A DNA stretch of 63,857 nt, filler included, from Octopus bimaculoides (lineage: Eukaryota), in the NCBI RefSeq assembly GCF_001194135.2. It is 7 parts of 6 records of this genome, joined end to end, with 100 filler letters (N's around TTAATTAATTAA, not from the genome) between each part and the next. Parts side by side here need not be neighbours in the genome. Positions count along the whole stretch, not along the records: positions 8,898 to 26,461 come from NC_068993.1; 6 more parts are not named here. The stretch is one strand, 5' to 3'. A program made the translations under genes and the position numbers. Below, piece by piece: positions 10,818 through 24,050 of the stretch (its first letter is position 1; each line of letters opens with the position of its first letter). The notes under the pieces were generated by a model. It was not told the origin of the DNA. It searched no databases and worked only from the letters and a program-made list of their open reading frames with translations.

Positions 10818-13302
10818 TTGGAGATGAGATACGTTGAATGCATTCGAAAAAACCTATGGAAAACAACTGTTTCGCACCGTGGTCACGAACTGGTCTTTTA
10901 CGAAATATTTATCATATATTTAAAGTCATTTTCACTTTAAATTATCTTTTAAATATGCCAAGAAAATTTTTGTAATCGTATTTACTTGAAAATAATTTTA
11001 AAAAACATTTAAATAATTTATGTTTAAAGAAAGCTAAAATATAAATACTTAATGTACAAGCAACCTACATTTTTGACATCCTATTCACTTAAAAAACATT
11101 TCTAAATGATTAAAATACTGTGTTTAACATATGATTAAAATACTTGTGTTTTTCTCCATCACAACATATGAATGAGAAAGCAAGGGGTAAAAGTCGACGT
11201 GTTTTTTCCAAGAGAATGATAGGGAGAGCGCGAAGATTATGTGTATATGTCACAGATAGCGTACATGTGTTTGTGTAGATTCCTACGCCATGGCATTCAT
11301 TATATGTGTGTGCATTCTCTACGTGTGTATGTGTATTGTTGTCACGGAAGCCATGGTTTTCTTATATCAAGAAATAACGAACAAAAATTGTGTTTAATCG
11401 TTTTCATTAGATAAATAGAGGTCCAAATATCACGAAACCTTACTGCACTGCATCGAGTAAACATGAAAATATGAAAATATACTATTTCTGAAATATTTCG
11501 GGAACAAGCATCTAGAGTTTTAGTATTATGAAGATATATATATATAATATGCTGCGTCTGTATTGTGTATATTCAACAGTTGTTCTTAGTTCCTCTTTCC
11601 TTTTGCGATGTATTGTCTACTTGTCATGGGTTTCTCACCAGTAGATCATTTTCACGAATCCAATTCCTAGGAGCCAATGGCGTCGCTTAAGCAAAGGGAA
11701 CAACTGTCCGAATGACTGGAGCAGTGCAATGGCTTTCGTGAACTTTCATAAGCGAGTAATCTATGGAAGGGACGTTAAATTATATTCGCAAGTTGTAGAA
11801 GTCATCTCAACAATGGTAACGAAATGTTCAGTTTTTCTTTGTGATTGCAAAAAGAACCAAATGTCTTGATATGTACTGAGATAAAATGGGGCGCTAATAG
11901 TACTGATGTATCAAATGCTACCATGATGATTGCCAGTATCTTAAACGCTTGAAGGTGTTAATGTGGCTGCAAGAAACACGTACGAATCCGTGCACGTACA
12001 CGTATGCAGACATGAACACACATGTAGTGGTGATGATAGTGGATCCTTAATTTCTATGGAGTCGTAGAATCACTGCCAAGATATATGGCGTGCTTAGGCA
12101 TTTCTAGTATGGCTGAGCCGACGCCTCTCTCTGTGTCTGTCTGTCTGTCTGTCTGTCTCTATATATGAGCCTTTTCTCTTTGTCCTAATCTATTAACCGC
12201 TACTTTTTTTTCCAGTTCCACAATTTCCTGCTCTTCTTTTTCCATTATAATCTGTGCTACTATCTCCTACCTCTCTTTTTTCCCACAAGGCAGTGCAGTC
12301 TTCCTTTTCATACTTCATTAAGTCTTCTCTTCGCTTTGCTCACGCAGAAATTAGACGTCTTTTGCCATTCCTCTCAGTTTAGTGTTAAAGGCCATAAGAG
12401 GTTCTAAATTTTCCTAAACATTACTTGTATTACTACATTTTATTGGTCGAAACACAATTTATGCTATCTTTCTCGTTCCTATCTTTCCGTCTTAAACGTA
12501 TCATGAATTCATAAGACCTTAAGTATCTCTATTCTGGTCTTCGTTTCGCTTTTTGCCCCTTTTTCCACAACTCGTGTCATAGACGTTGTTTTGGATGGAA
12601 GACATTTTGTTCTCCTTGCTCGTTTCGTTTTACATTATTTCCGTTACCACCTGTATAATCCTTTTTTTCTGGTTTTTATTCGATTTCCTTGGACACAAAT
12701 CTATACTATCGCAGTTCCAATAAGTTTCGGTTACCTTTCCGATAAAGAATATTGTCTTAGGTGTAAAAAAAATGAAGGTTTCCAATTGCCAACTGATTTA
12801 GGGATAGCATTCATGCATGTCCGTCTCTGTTGTCGTTTTGTTTATTCTATAAATTTCATTGTCCTTCTACATTGCTTTCCAATATATATATTAACATGTG
12901 TGTGCGTATGTATTTATGCATGTACGTATTTGCCTATACACATATGTATACGCACACGAGTAGATAATTCTAATCTGGAAAAAATACGGATTGACAAAAG
13001 GTATCAACGTGGTATGTTAACTTGAAAAGAAATTATATTGTGATACTTTTCTCTCATAACTGAATATAGATATTAAATGATATTTGAATGGAACTGTATT
13101 TGCTAATTCGATATAACATATCAGATAAATGAATTTTTCTTACTGTTTAGTAATTGAATGAAAGAACTTGTTGATTGAATTAATAACAAAGCACAATTAG
13201 AAACAAAACCACTCAAACATCACACATACTCTCTAACAGACATACATTATTCTTATCATATATAAATATGCATATATACTACACACACACACACACACAC
13301 AA

Positions 13303-13346
<44 letters not shown>

Positions 13347-13609
13347 NNNNNNNNNNNNNNNNNNNNNNNNNNNNNNNNNNNNNNNNNNNNNNNNNNNNNN
13401 NNNNNNNNNNNNNNNNNNNNNNNNNNNNNNNNNNNNNNNNNNNNNNNNNNNNNNNNNNNNNNNNNNNNNNNNNNNNNNNNNNNNNNNNNNNNNNNNNNNN
13501 NNNNNNNNNNNNNNNNNNNNNNNNNNNNNNNNNNNNNNNNNNNNNNNNNNNNNNNCACAAAACGAAAAAAAAAAAAAAAGAAAAAGAAAAATGGCTATAT
13601 TGAGTTCAT

Positions 13610-13673
<64 letters not shown>

Positions 13674-13890
13674 GTGCATGATCGCTGTAACTCGATTTCG
13701 AGCATTGCCATCGCTTAATTATTATCTTAATCATGAGCAGCCTTAATATGGCTTTTCAAGACCTGAACTCTTTTGTACACATTCACTAACACATACTTTC
13801 ATTTTGGCATGGATTTTTCATTGAGTATTTCGCCTTTTTCAGTTACGCCCCATCATAGGATGACAGACATTATGGAGGTATTAGAAATCA

Positions 13891-14112
13891 AGAGGTGAGC
13901 TGGCAGAAACGTTAACACGCCAGGCGAAATGCTTACCGGCATTTCGTCTGCCGTTACATTCTGAGTTCAAATTCCGCCGAGGTCGACTTTGCCTTTCATC
14001 CTTTCGGGGTTGATAGACTAAGTACCAGTTACGCACTGGGGTCGATGTAATCGACTTAATCCCTTTGTCTGTCCTTGTTTGTCCCCTCTATGTTTAGCCC
14101 CTCGTATAAATA
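13891..14112 (+). mobile_element. SINE family A, 3' tail type 2
   Basis: Same head and core as 8322, but tail TTTGTCTGTCCTTGTTTGTCCCCTCTATGTTTAGCCCC. Confidence 0.85.
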
Positions 14113-14974
14113 AATGCGATTTCACCTGTCCTCTGATGGTAGCAACCATTAGCATCATTCTATCTTAATTTTCCAAGCATCTTGCATCAACACAGATCCC
14201 TGAATTTTCTGCCTCTTTCTCTATTCAAATTCATATTTTAAATTTCCTGTCGAATACTTATTTAGCGCCAAATAGAGTCTTAAACCTTACGTCAAGCCTC
14301 CGGATTTATGATGCTCAAACTAATTCGGTTGTCAAAAGCGTTTTAAAAGTTGACTTAAAGCAAACCTTTAAAGACAGCCCCTCATCACGGCTACCGTCCA
14401 ATTATAATGAAGTAAGAGATAAAAGACGTATAGCTTTCTTTATGTTAGCAATCTATTTTTCGGAATGAAAGAAACCAGCAATTCTACCAAATGCTTCGTT
14501 GTTGCTACAATGGTTCAAATAAATTATAGAATAGTTTGTTGGCGTAAATATATGATGAGCGTAGAATATAGGGCAATGAAAAGAGAAGGGAAAATGTAAG
14601 GAGAAAGTGATTAAGTGAAGAGGGGACAGTAATAGAAAACAATATGGAAGAACGTTGGTGAAACAAAAATATTTTATACAAAAGAGGAAGATGGGTTTGA
14701 AGTAGAAAAATGAAATGAGGTTAATGATATGAAATTCTAAAGGACGGAGATAATGAAGAAGTAGAAGAGGAGAAAGAATACTGAAAAAGCGAAACAAAAA
14801 GAATTACCGTATGAAGGAAAATAGGAATAATAATGAGAAAAAGTTAAAAAGTAGGAAAGAAGAAAAGGCAGATAATGAAAGAGTAAAATATTACAATGGG
14901 AAAGAGACAACAAAAGGAAAAAAAAATAGTATGAGAAAAATAAAGAAAATAGAGGAAGAAAATAATAATGGTTT

Positions 14975-15172
14975 TAAATTTTGCACAAGTCCAGAAATTT
15001 TGAGGGGAGGGGGATAAGTGATTACATTGGCCCCGGTGCTCAATTGGTACTCTAATTATTGATCCCGACAGGGTGAAAGGCAAAGCTAATCCTGGTGGAA
15101 TTTGAGAACTTAAAGACGGACAAAATACTGCCAAACACATTATCCGGCGTGCTAACAATTCTGCCAGGTCAC
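14975..15172 (-). mobile_element. SINE family A copy (further fragments at 15575-15740)
   Basis: Reverse-complement match to the family A head and core. Confidence 0.75.
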
Positions 15173-15540
15173 AACCAAGTCTACGATAATAATGATCTCC
15201 TTATTAACGACCAATGGTTTACACAGAGAACAAGTACAGTACAGAAACACGCAATAGCCATGTGATATGATGAGGGTTTAAATGAAGGCATATAAAGTGT
15301 AAAAATAACAAAAATAATAAAACAAGATGTTTCAACAAGAAAAACATCCTTTTATAGGGGATACTTCGGAGGGCTGTTCGTCGAAAACCCACAAAGTACG
15401 GTCGCACTCACTACAAGAGCAAGTGCACTCTCCTTATCCCCTTCTCTCGATCTACAGTCGTATGTTCAAAACAGCCCCGATCATTTAGATCTATGATGAT
15501 GATGATGGTGATGATGATGATGATTATGATGATGATGATG

Positions 15541-15592
<52 letters not shown>

Positions 15593-15891
15593 TCCTTAGG
15601 CATAAGGCCTGAAATTATCTGGGGGTAGGAACTAGTCGATGACATTGAACTCCAGGGCTTAACTGGTTCTTTTCTCCTCGACTCCGAAAGGACGAATGGC
15701 AAAGTCAACTTCGGCGGAATTTGAACATAGAACTTAAAGATAGGGGAGGGCGTGGCTGTGTGGTAAGAAACTTGCTTCCGTTTCCGGTTGTGTCAGTGCT
15801 GTTCTTACACTGCAGAAGTCGCCACGCTGGTGTACATCCATCCATCTAGATATGCATGTATGTTTCTATAGACGTGTGCGCGCGTGCGTGC

Positions 15892-15939
<48 letters not shown>

Positions 15940-17248
15940 NNNNNNNNNNNNNNNNNNNNNNNNNNNNNNNNNNNNNNNNNNNNNNNNNNNNNNNNNNNNN
16001 NNNNNNNNNNNNNNNNNNNNNNNNNNNNNNNNNNNNNNNNNNNNNNNNNNNNNNNNNNNNNNNNNNNNNNNNNNNNNNNNNNNNNNNNNNNNNNNNNNNN
16101 NNNNNNNNNNNNNNNNNNNNNNNNNNNNNNNNNNNNNNNNNNNNNNNNNNNNNNNNNNNNNNNNNNNNNNNNNNNNNNNNNNNNNNNNNNNNNNNNNNNN
16201 NNNNNNNNNNNNNNNNNNNNNNNNNNNNNNNNNNNNNNNNNNNNNNNNNNNNNNNNNNNNNNNNNNNNNNNNNNNNNNNNNNNNNNNNNNNNNNNNNNNN
16301 NNNNNNNNNNNNNNNNNNNNNNNNNNNNNNNNNNNNNNNNNNNNNNNNNNNNNNNNNNNNNNNNNNNNNNNNNNNNNNNNNNNNNNNNNNNNNNNNNNNN
16401 NNNNNNNNNNNNNNNNNNNNNNNNNNNNNNNNNNNNNNNNNNNNNNNNNNNNNNNNNNNNNNNNNNNNNNNNNNNNNNNNNNNNNNNNNNNNNNNNNNNN
16501 NNNNNNNNNNNNNNNNNNNNNNNNNNNNNNNNNNNNNNNNNNNNNNNNNNNNNNNNNNNNNNNNNNNNNNNNNNNNNNNNNNNNNNNNNNNNNNNNNNNN
16601 NNNNNNNNNNNNNNNNNNNNNNNNNNNNNNNNNATATATATATATATATAAACAACAATAAAATGTTGCGGGTGATTGGTTACTCCAGCATTGCTGCAGC
16701 TCTATGACTGTAACATTGTAACAAGTAAAAGATAAACGAATAAGCGACAAATGTAAGGAAGAAAGAAAAAAATTATAGAATGAAAGAAAAAAGAAAGATA
16801 GAAAGATAGAGAGAAAGAATGAAAGAAAGAAAGAATGAATGAATGAAAGAAAGGAAAAAGAAGTGTAAAAGTAGCCGAAGAAAAATAAATGAATAAAAAA
16901 ATCGTGTTGGACGGAAGAATATAAGAAAGTTTCAAAGAAAGAATTCAAGAAAGAACGCAACATATGAAGAAAAGAAAGAGAAGTGAAGGAAAAAATGATG
17001 ACGGAGATAAGGATGGCAAAAAAAAAAGAAAAAAAAAATTGTGAAAGAGATGGATGATAAGAAATACAATGAAGGAATAACTATTTAAATGGTTACGAAA
17101 CAAATAATGTTTGGAAGGAGAAATAAAGGACTGAGTAAATAAATAAATAAATAAATAAATGGCAAATAAACATTTGATAAAAGATTCTGTTGAATGGAAA
17201 GACAAGAGAAGATAATGGAAATGATACAAAGGAAAACGTACAAGAAGC

Positions 17249-18310
17249 ATTGGGAGTAGTAGTTGTAGTAGTGGTGGTGGTAGTAGTAGTAGTAATAGTA
17301 GTACTAGTAGTCGTAGTGGTCGAGGTGCTGGTTGTAGTGGTGGTGTTGGTAGTAGTTATAGTAGTGGTAGTGCTAGTAGTAGTGGTGGTGGTAGATGTAG
17401 TGGTGGTGATGATGGTGGTAGTAGTAGTGGTGGTGGTAGTAGTGGTGGTGGCTGTAGTGGTGTTGGCAGTAGTAGTTGTAGTAGTGGTGGTGGTAGATGT
17501 AGTAGTAATAGTAGTACTAGTAGTCGTAGTCNNNNNNNNNNNNNNNNNNNNNNNNNNNNNNNNNNNNNNNNNNNNNNNNNNNNNNNNNNNNNNNNNNNNN
17601 NNNNNNNNNNNNNNNNNNNNNNNNNNNNNNNNNNNNNNNNNNNNNNNNNNNNNNNNNNNNNNNNNNNNNNNNNNNNNNNNNNNNCGAGGTGCTGGTTGTA
17701 GTGGTGGTGTTGGTAGTAGTTATAGTAGTGGTAGTGCTAGTAGTAGTGGTGGTGGTAGATGTAGTGGTGGTGATGATGGTGGTAGTAGTAGTGGTGGTGG
17801 TAGTAGTGGTGGTGGCTGTAGTGGTGTTGGCAGTAGTAGTTGTAGTAGTGGTGGTGGTAGATGTAGTAGTAATAGTAGTACTAGTAGTCGTAGTCGTAGA
17901 GGTGTTGGTTGTAGTGGTGGTGGTGGTAGTTGTAGTAGTGGTGGTGTTGGTAGTAGTTATAGTAGTGGTAGTGCTAGTAGTTGTGGTGGTGGTAGATGTA
18001 GTGGTGGTGGTGGTGGTGGTGGTAGTAGTAGTGGTGGTGATGATGGTGGTAGTAGTAGTGGTGGTGGTGGTGGTGTTGTTGGTGGTGGTTGTAGTAGTGG
18101 CGGTGGTAGTAGTGGTGGAGGTGGTGTTGGTGGTTGTAGTGGTGGTAGTAGTAATAGTAGCAATAGCAGGTATTGTAGTAGTGGTAGCAGCGGTGGTGGT
18201 AGTGGTAGTAGTGTTAGAAGTAGGTGTAATAGTATAAATAGTAGTAGGAAATGTGGTAGCAGTAGTAACAGCAACAGAGGTGGTAATAATAGTAGTATTA
18301 GTATTACTGT
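17249..18310. repeat. Degenerate (GTA/GTG)n triplet array with a higher-order unit of about 210 bp, spanning a gap
   Basis: The CGAGGTGCTGGTTGTAGT... unit recurs at about 17320, 17685 and 17897. Confidence 0.85.
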
Positions 18311-18394
18311 AGCGTTCAATAACACTGTACTTATTACACGTCCTTGTGTTGTTGTTTTTTCGTGTTTTTTCTTGCTTGTTCATGTTTAGATTAG

Positions 18395-18469
<75 letters not shown>

Positions 18470-19185
18470 ATGTATCTATGCCTGTATGCGTGTTTTAAAT
18501 ATTTTACTTGTTTCAGGCATTAAACTGTGGACATGCTGGGGAACCACCATGTAGGGTATATTTGAACAATAGTTCTTATTTTTATGTCTAGTACTTACTG
18601 TATCGGTCACTTTTGCCGAACTGCCAAGTAACTGGACGTGAGAAAACCGAAATCAGCTGTCGAACGGTGATGATGGTGGTGAGACAAACAAAAATCCAAA
18701 TACGCATATAGGTACACAAACACACTTGCATAAATACACACACACGTAAGTACATATACACATACATGCACACCTACATACATACAAAGAGAAAGAGAGA
18801 GTGAGTGAGAAGAAGATACTGTGTGTGTGTGTGTGTGTGTGTGTTGTGGTTGAGAATATGCAGATGAGAGAGAAAATGTAAGAGATCGATCAGAACCAGT
18901 GATAAAGATATTGTAAGAGGGAAAAGATAATGTAACAAATAAAAATAGAAAGAAAATATCGAGGAAGGTGGGTGTCAAAATGGCGGAATGAAAAGCAAGA
19001 GAAGAAAAAAAAAAATAAAGAAAAACAGGGATTGAAGAAAGGGAAAACAAATACATACAGTGTAGACAATGTAGACGAATTACTTGGGCAGCAATGAAAG
19101 CGAAATTAATGAAAATGATGAAGAGGAACAAAAGAAAGAGGAGAGAAAAAAAAATGAAGAAAAAATGGACGAAGAATGCAGCAAG

Positions 19186-19346
19186 CGTGGCTGTGTGGTC
19201 AGCAGTTTGCTTCCCAACCACATGATTCTGGGTTCAGTCCCGCTGCATGGCACCTTGGGTAAGTGTCTTTTACTATAGCCTTTCGCTGACCAAAGCCTTG
19301 TGAGTGGAATTAGTTGACGGAAAATAAAAAAGGCCTGTCTTTGGAT
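19186..19346 (+). mobile_element. tRNA-derived SINE family B, 5' part (runs into gap)
   Basis: GCGTGGCTGTGTGGT...GGGTTCAGTCCC...ACCTTGGGTAAGTGTC, shared with 23905, 51915, 58910 and 62770. Confidence 0.85.
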
Positions 19347-20093
19347 NNNNNNNNNNNNNNNNNNNNNNNNNNNNNNNNNNNNNNNNNNNNNNNNNNNNNN
19401 NNNNNNNNNNNNNNNNNNNNNNNNNNNNNNNNNNNNNNNNNNNNNNNNNNNNNNNNNNNNNNNNNNNNNNNNNNNNNNNNNNNNNNNNNNNNNNNNNNNN
19501 NNNNNNNNNNNNNNNNNNNNNNNNNNNNNNNNNNNNNNNNNNNNNNNNNNNNNNNNNNNNNNNNNNNNNNNNNNNNNNNNNNNNNNNNNNNNNNNNNNNN
19601 NNNNNNNNNNNNNNNNNNNNNNNNNNNNNNNNNNNNNNNNNNNNNNNNNNNNNNNNNNNNNNNNNNNNNNNNNNNNNNNNNNNNNNNNNNNNNNNNNNNN
19701 NNNNNNNNNNNNNNNNNNNNNNNNNNNNNNNNNNNNNNNNNNNNNNNNNNNNNNNNNNNNNNNNNNNNNNNNNNNNNNNNNNNNNNNNNNNNNNNNNNNN
19801 NNNNNNNNNNNNNNNNNNNNNNNNNNNNNNNNNNNNNNNNNNNNNNNNNNNNNNNNNNNNNNNNNNNNNNNNNNNNNNNNNNNNNNNNNNNNNNNNNNNN
19901 NNNNNNNNNNNNNNNNNNNNNNNNNNNNNNNNNNNNNNNNNNNNNNNNNNNNNNNNNNNNNNNNNNNNNNNNNNNNNNNNNNNNNNNNNNNNNNNNNNNN
20001 NNNNNNNNNNNNNNNNNNNNNNNNNNNNNNNNNNNNNNNNNNNNNNNNNNNNNNNNNNNNNNNNNNNNNNNNNNNNNNNNNNNNNNNNNNNNN

Positions 20094-20293
20094 TCCTCAT
20101 CTTGTTTGATGTTAACACAACGTTTCGGCTGATATACCCTCCATCCTTCATCAGGTGTCTTGGGGAAGTTTCGATGTTACTATTATTATTATCATTGCGA
20201 TGTTACTATTATTATTATCATTGTTGTTTTTGTTGTTGTTGTTATTATTATTATTGTTATTGTTCAGGTCACTGCTTGGAATCGAACTCGGAA
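20094..20293 (-). mobile_element. Inverted, 5'-truncated copy of the tRNA-head/hammerhead element
   Basis: Reverse complement of 20347-20560; begins at the B box; its left end is in a gap. Confidence 0.85.
20114..20159 (-). ncRNA. Minimal type I hammerhead ribozyme motif (PLE-type), copy 1
   Basis: GACAC-CUGAUGA-A-GGAUG/CAGCC (stem II, one mismatch)-GAAACGU-U-GUGUU. Confidence 0.75.
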
Positions 20294-20299
20294 GCCCCA

Positions 20300-20408
20300 T
20301 AGACATATGGCGTAGTGGTTAAGAGCGCGGACTACTAACCCCAAGATTCCGAGTTCGATTCCAAGCAGTGACCTGAACAATAACAATAACAGCAACAACA
20401 ACAACAAC

Positions 20409-20457
<49 letters not shown>

Positions 20458-20630
20458 TCGAAAAAATTTCGAACCCAGGTTCGAAATTTCCCCAAGATAC
20501 CTGAAGAAGGCTGGAGGGTATATCAGCCGAAACGTTGTGTTGACAGCAAACAAGATGAGGACAAAAATGCGTCAAATGTAAATAATGTAAATAATATACA
20601 TAATTCCTCATTTCTTAAATATAGAACTGT
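20300..20630 (+). mobile_element. tRNA-headed SINE-like element carrying a hammerhead ribozyme
   Basis: A box TGGCGTAGTGG at 20308-20318, B box GAGTTCGATTCC at 20351-20362, (AAC/AAT)n linker, 11-bp hairpin AATTTCGAACC/GGTTCGAAATT, hammerhead at 20496-20541. No run of four or more T inside. Confidence 0.8.
20496..20541 (+). ncRNA. Minimal type I hammerhead ribozyme motif (PLE-type), copy 2
   Basis: Stem I GAUAC/GUGUU, core CUGAAGA, perfect stem II GGCUG/CAGCC, GAAA, palindromic ACGU stem III, predicted GUU cleavage after 20536. Confidence 0.8.
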
Positions 20631-21453
20631 GGTGTAGATTTGTTTACATCCCCGGAAAATAGTGGTTCGGCAAAAATTACCGATAAAAAATGCACCAGAG
20701 ACCCTGCCCCGTTTGTTCGACTAAACCTTTACAATGTGGAATTCTAGTGTGGTTGCAGTCTATAGACTGAAATAGGTAAAAGATAAAAGAGATGAGAACA
20801 AAAAACAGCAAAAAAAAACCCCAAAAGCCAAAAAAAAGAAAACAAAAAAAGGAAAAATATTAAGAAGCTAAGAATAATGAATAGAAAAAAGAAGGAGATG
20901 GACGAGCAAAAATACAAATATTGATATAAAGAGAAGTAGAACATGAAGAGGGGGATAGCAAATAAAAAATAAGAAATAATTAACAACTAAAAATATAAGA
21001 CAAAACAAAATTAGTAAATATGAAAAAAAAAAAAATAAAGCAAATCTTTCTCGTTTCGTTATCATATTTTTATTTATTTGTTATATTTCAAAACATCCAG
21101 AAAGTTCTCATGAAGAAATGAGTTGAGTACAGGACGGGAAGAAAAGTAGAATAAAAGAAAAAAAAAAAAAGAATAGAAAATAGCAAAATATACTAGACTA
21201 AAAATAATATACCCTGGAGATATCCCCTCTTTCTCTACGAAGAAATAAATAAAGAAATACAAAGAAATGCAACATACACACATACACACACCCATACGCG
21301 CGCTAGCGCGCATACATATATATATATAAGTGTATATAAGTAAATGTATTTATATGTATATATGTGCGAATGTATATATACATATACATGCATACATGCA
21401 TACATACTTATATTTAGAAAGTTGAGTATGTATACTTAACAAAAATGTGTGAA

Positions 21454-21535
<82 letters not shown>

Positions 21536-22199
21536 GTGTGTGTGTAACAAAAACTGTGTTAACTAACACATACACGTGTATGTGTGCATGTGTTTGTTTA
21601 TGTGTTTGTGTGTGTAAAACAAAAAAATGTGTTCACCACATACTTACACAGACACACACGTATTTGTGTAAACAAAAACTTAAAAGAAAAAAAAAACAAC
21701 AGCAGTAACAAGAAAATCATCATCATCATCAGCAGCATCTTCACTTAACATAAATAAATAAACATAGGGTAACAATAACATGTATAAGTAAGAAGAAAAT
21801 CAAAATGGTGGGTTTTGAAATGGCTGAAACAGCCGACAGCTAGACGAAAATTGAAATTATATATCTATCTAATCGTTAAGTCGTGCAAAAGTAAATACAG
21901 AAAAAAAGAATAAAAAGCAGGAAAATAAGAAATTTATTTGAGGAATAATCATGTATTTTTGGTTTATTTTTTGACAAGGCATAAAAAAATATTGTTATCT
22001 GTGTAGTTAAAAAGTTCGGTTTGCAATCATATAATTACGAGTTCGATCAGGTTGCATCACATACTGCGTAAACCCTCAGGCAAGTGTATTCTGCTATGCA
22101 GTCCTGTTGGTCAAAGCATTGCCTGCCAGTGGTAATTGGTTGACGGCGTAGAAGCCAATCGTTTATAGCGCAGCGCTCTGACATTTCTGTCACTTTCCG

Positions 22200-22610
22200 G
22201 CCTAATAATGGTTTCAAATTTTGGCACGAAGTCAGTAATTTTGGGCGCGGGGTAAGTCGATTACATTGACCCAAGTACTTGACTGGTACTTATTGTATAA
22301 ACCCCGAAAGGATGAAAGGTACAGTCGACCTCTCGGGAGCATTTGAATTCAGAACACAAAGAAATAAGGAATGCTGCAAGGTATTTTACATCACGTGATT
22401 ATAGAAACAAGGTCTGGAATTTTAGGAGAGGGGGGCTAGTGGATTGCATCAAACACAGTCTTCAACTGGTACTTATTCTATCGACCTCGGCGGGATGCAT
22501 TTTATTCTTTTGCGGTAGATTAAATAAGTACAAGTTAAACAATGTTGTCGATGTAATCAAACAGACCTCTCTCCCAAACTTTCAAGTTTTGTGCCACTGT
22601 AGAAAGAATA
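22200..22610. mobile_element. Two degenerate SINE family A fragments
   Basis: Partial matches to the AAGTCGATTACATTGACCC...CCCCGAAAGGATGAAAGG core. Confidence 0.6.
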
Positions 22611-23904
22611 ATCAATTTGCGTAAAAGAATGTGATTTTCGCTAATAGCATGCAAAATTACAACGATGTGAAGAATTTCAACCAATTTGGACGCTGCAAAG
22701 GTTATGGATAAGAACCACCAAAGGCATTAATACACTTGCTGTCTGTTCCCTTCTACAATAAAATATCTACTGAAATGATGTCACTGAACGAGTTCGAATT
22801 GTCTAATTTGTTCTTCTCAAACATATTAACCTTCAAGAATTTAGATATTTATGGTATTTTATAAACTCAGTCTGTTTTCTTTAATCGTCTTTCTTGCACA
22901 AACTGAAATGACTACGGTGAAGAATGAAACATTTTATTGAAAACTGAAAGAAAAAGCACCCATCCCCAGGGAAAAAAAAAACTGTGATGAGGAATCGAAA
23001 GGATCATAATAAGGGCTATAATAAAAAAAAATATCTGGGAGGAACTTAAAAGAATATGATGAAAAAAAAAAGCTGTAAAGATTATGGGGAGGAGCTGGAA
23101 AATATATTTATAGGAGCTCAAGAGATTACGTTGATATCTGCCTTTATTTCCCCTTTGTCCTTCCATACTCTCCCATCTTTTCTTTTCTTGGTTCAGTCTT
23201 TTATATTATATTGTCTGTTTTGTTGACGATATTGTTGCTCTGATATTTTTTTAATAGAAGTCTATTATTCTCTTTTTACACCAGCCTTTATCTATTTCGA
23301 TGTTGTTTCTCCTACATTGTTCTATTCCTACCCCGCTCCCGACCACAATCTCCATTCTTCTTGTACATGTTTTTTTGTCTTCTTAGTCTTGATATTGTTC
23401 ATGTCTTCCCGATTTCTTCCTATAAGTGGTTGATCAACTAGAGATAGAGCTATAACAGCGAGGAAGGAAGATGGAAAAAAAGAAAAGAGTATAAAATACC
23501 CAATCGTGACAACGTTGCTGAACTTTCCAAAAACAGCAGCTAAATTCCATCACATTATACACTACCGTCTTAAAATACAAGGACACGTTAACCAGAGTTA
23601 TGCTAAATATACAAGTAGACAATCACATACGACTCGAACTGTTTTCACAACGTGTCTCCACAGTCAGGGCAAATCAGTAGTTAAGCAACAACAACAACAA
23701 CAACAAAAACAGTCTACATTCCGTAGTTACTTTGTGCTTTTCCAAATATTTGTCACAATACACATTTGAACTGATGTCCGTGTCCATTGGAAGAAGCTTA
23801 TAAAAGACAACCACCTTTCAATACCACCTAATTGGAAGCATAACCTTCTTCGTGTTAAGTCCTGCTTTGGATGTTGCTTGTTTTGCCGAGTTTCCATCAG
23901 TTTG

Positions 23905-24018
23905 CTTACAAACCACAGGGTTCCGGGTTCAGTCCCACTGCGTGGCACCTTGGGAAAGTGTCTTCTACTATAGCCTCGGGCGGACCAAAGCCTTGTGAGT
24001 GGATTTGGTAGACGGAAA

Positions 24019-24050
<32 letters not shown>

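Noticed and set aside
13256-16963. Long X-containing ORFs (also 19273-20151, 32104-32858, 36897-37649, 55026-56012)
   Set aside because: They run through N gaps.
17190-18470. Long poly-Thr/Val/Gly-Ser ORFs resembling a mucin
   Set aside because: They arise from a degenerate triplet repeat open in several frames, with no splice or domain support. The identical blocks either side of the gap may be an assembly overlap.
20300-20375. Functional tRNA gene
   Set aside because: The acceptor stem does not close. This and the other A/B-box heads are SINE heads.
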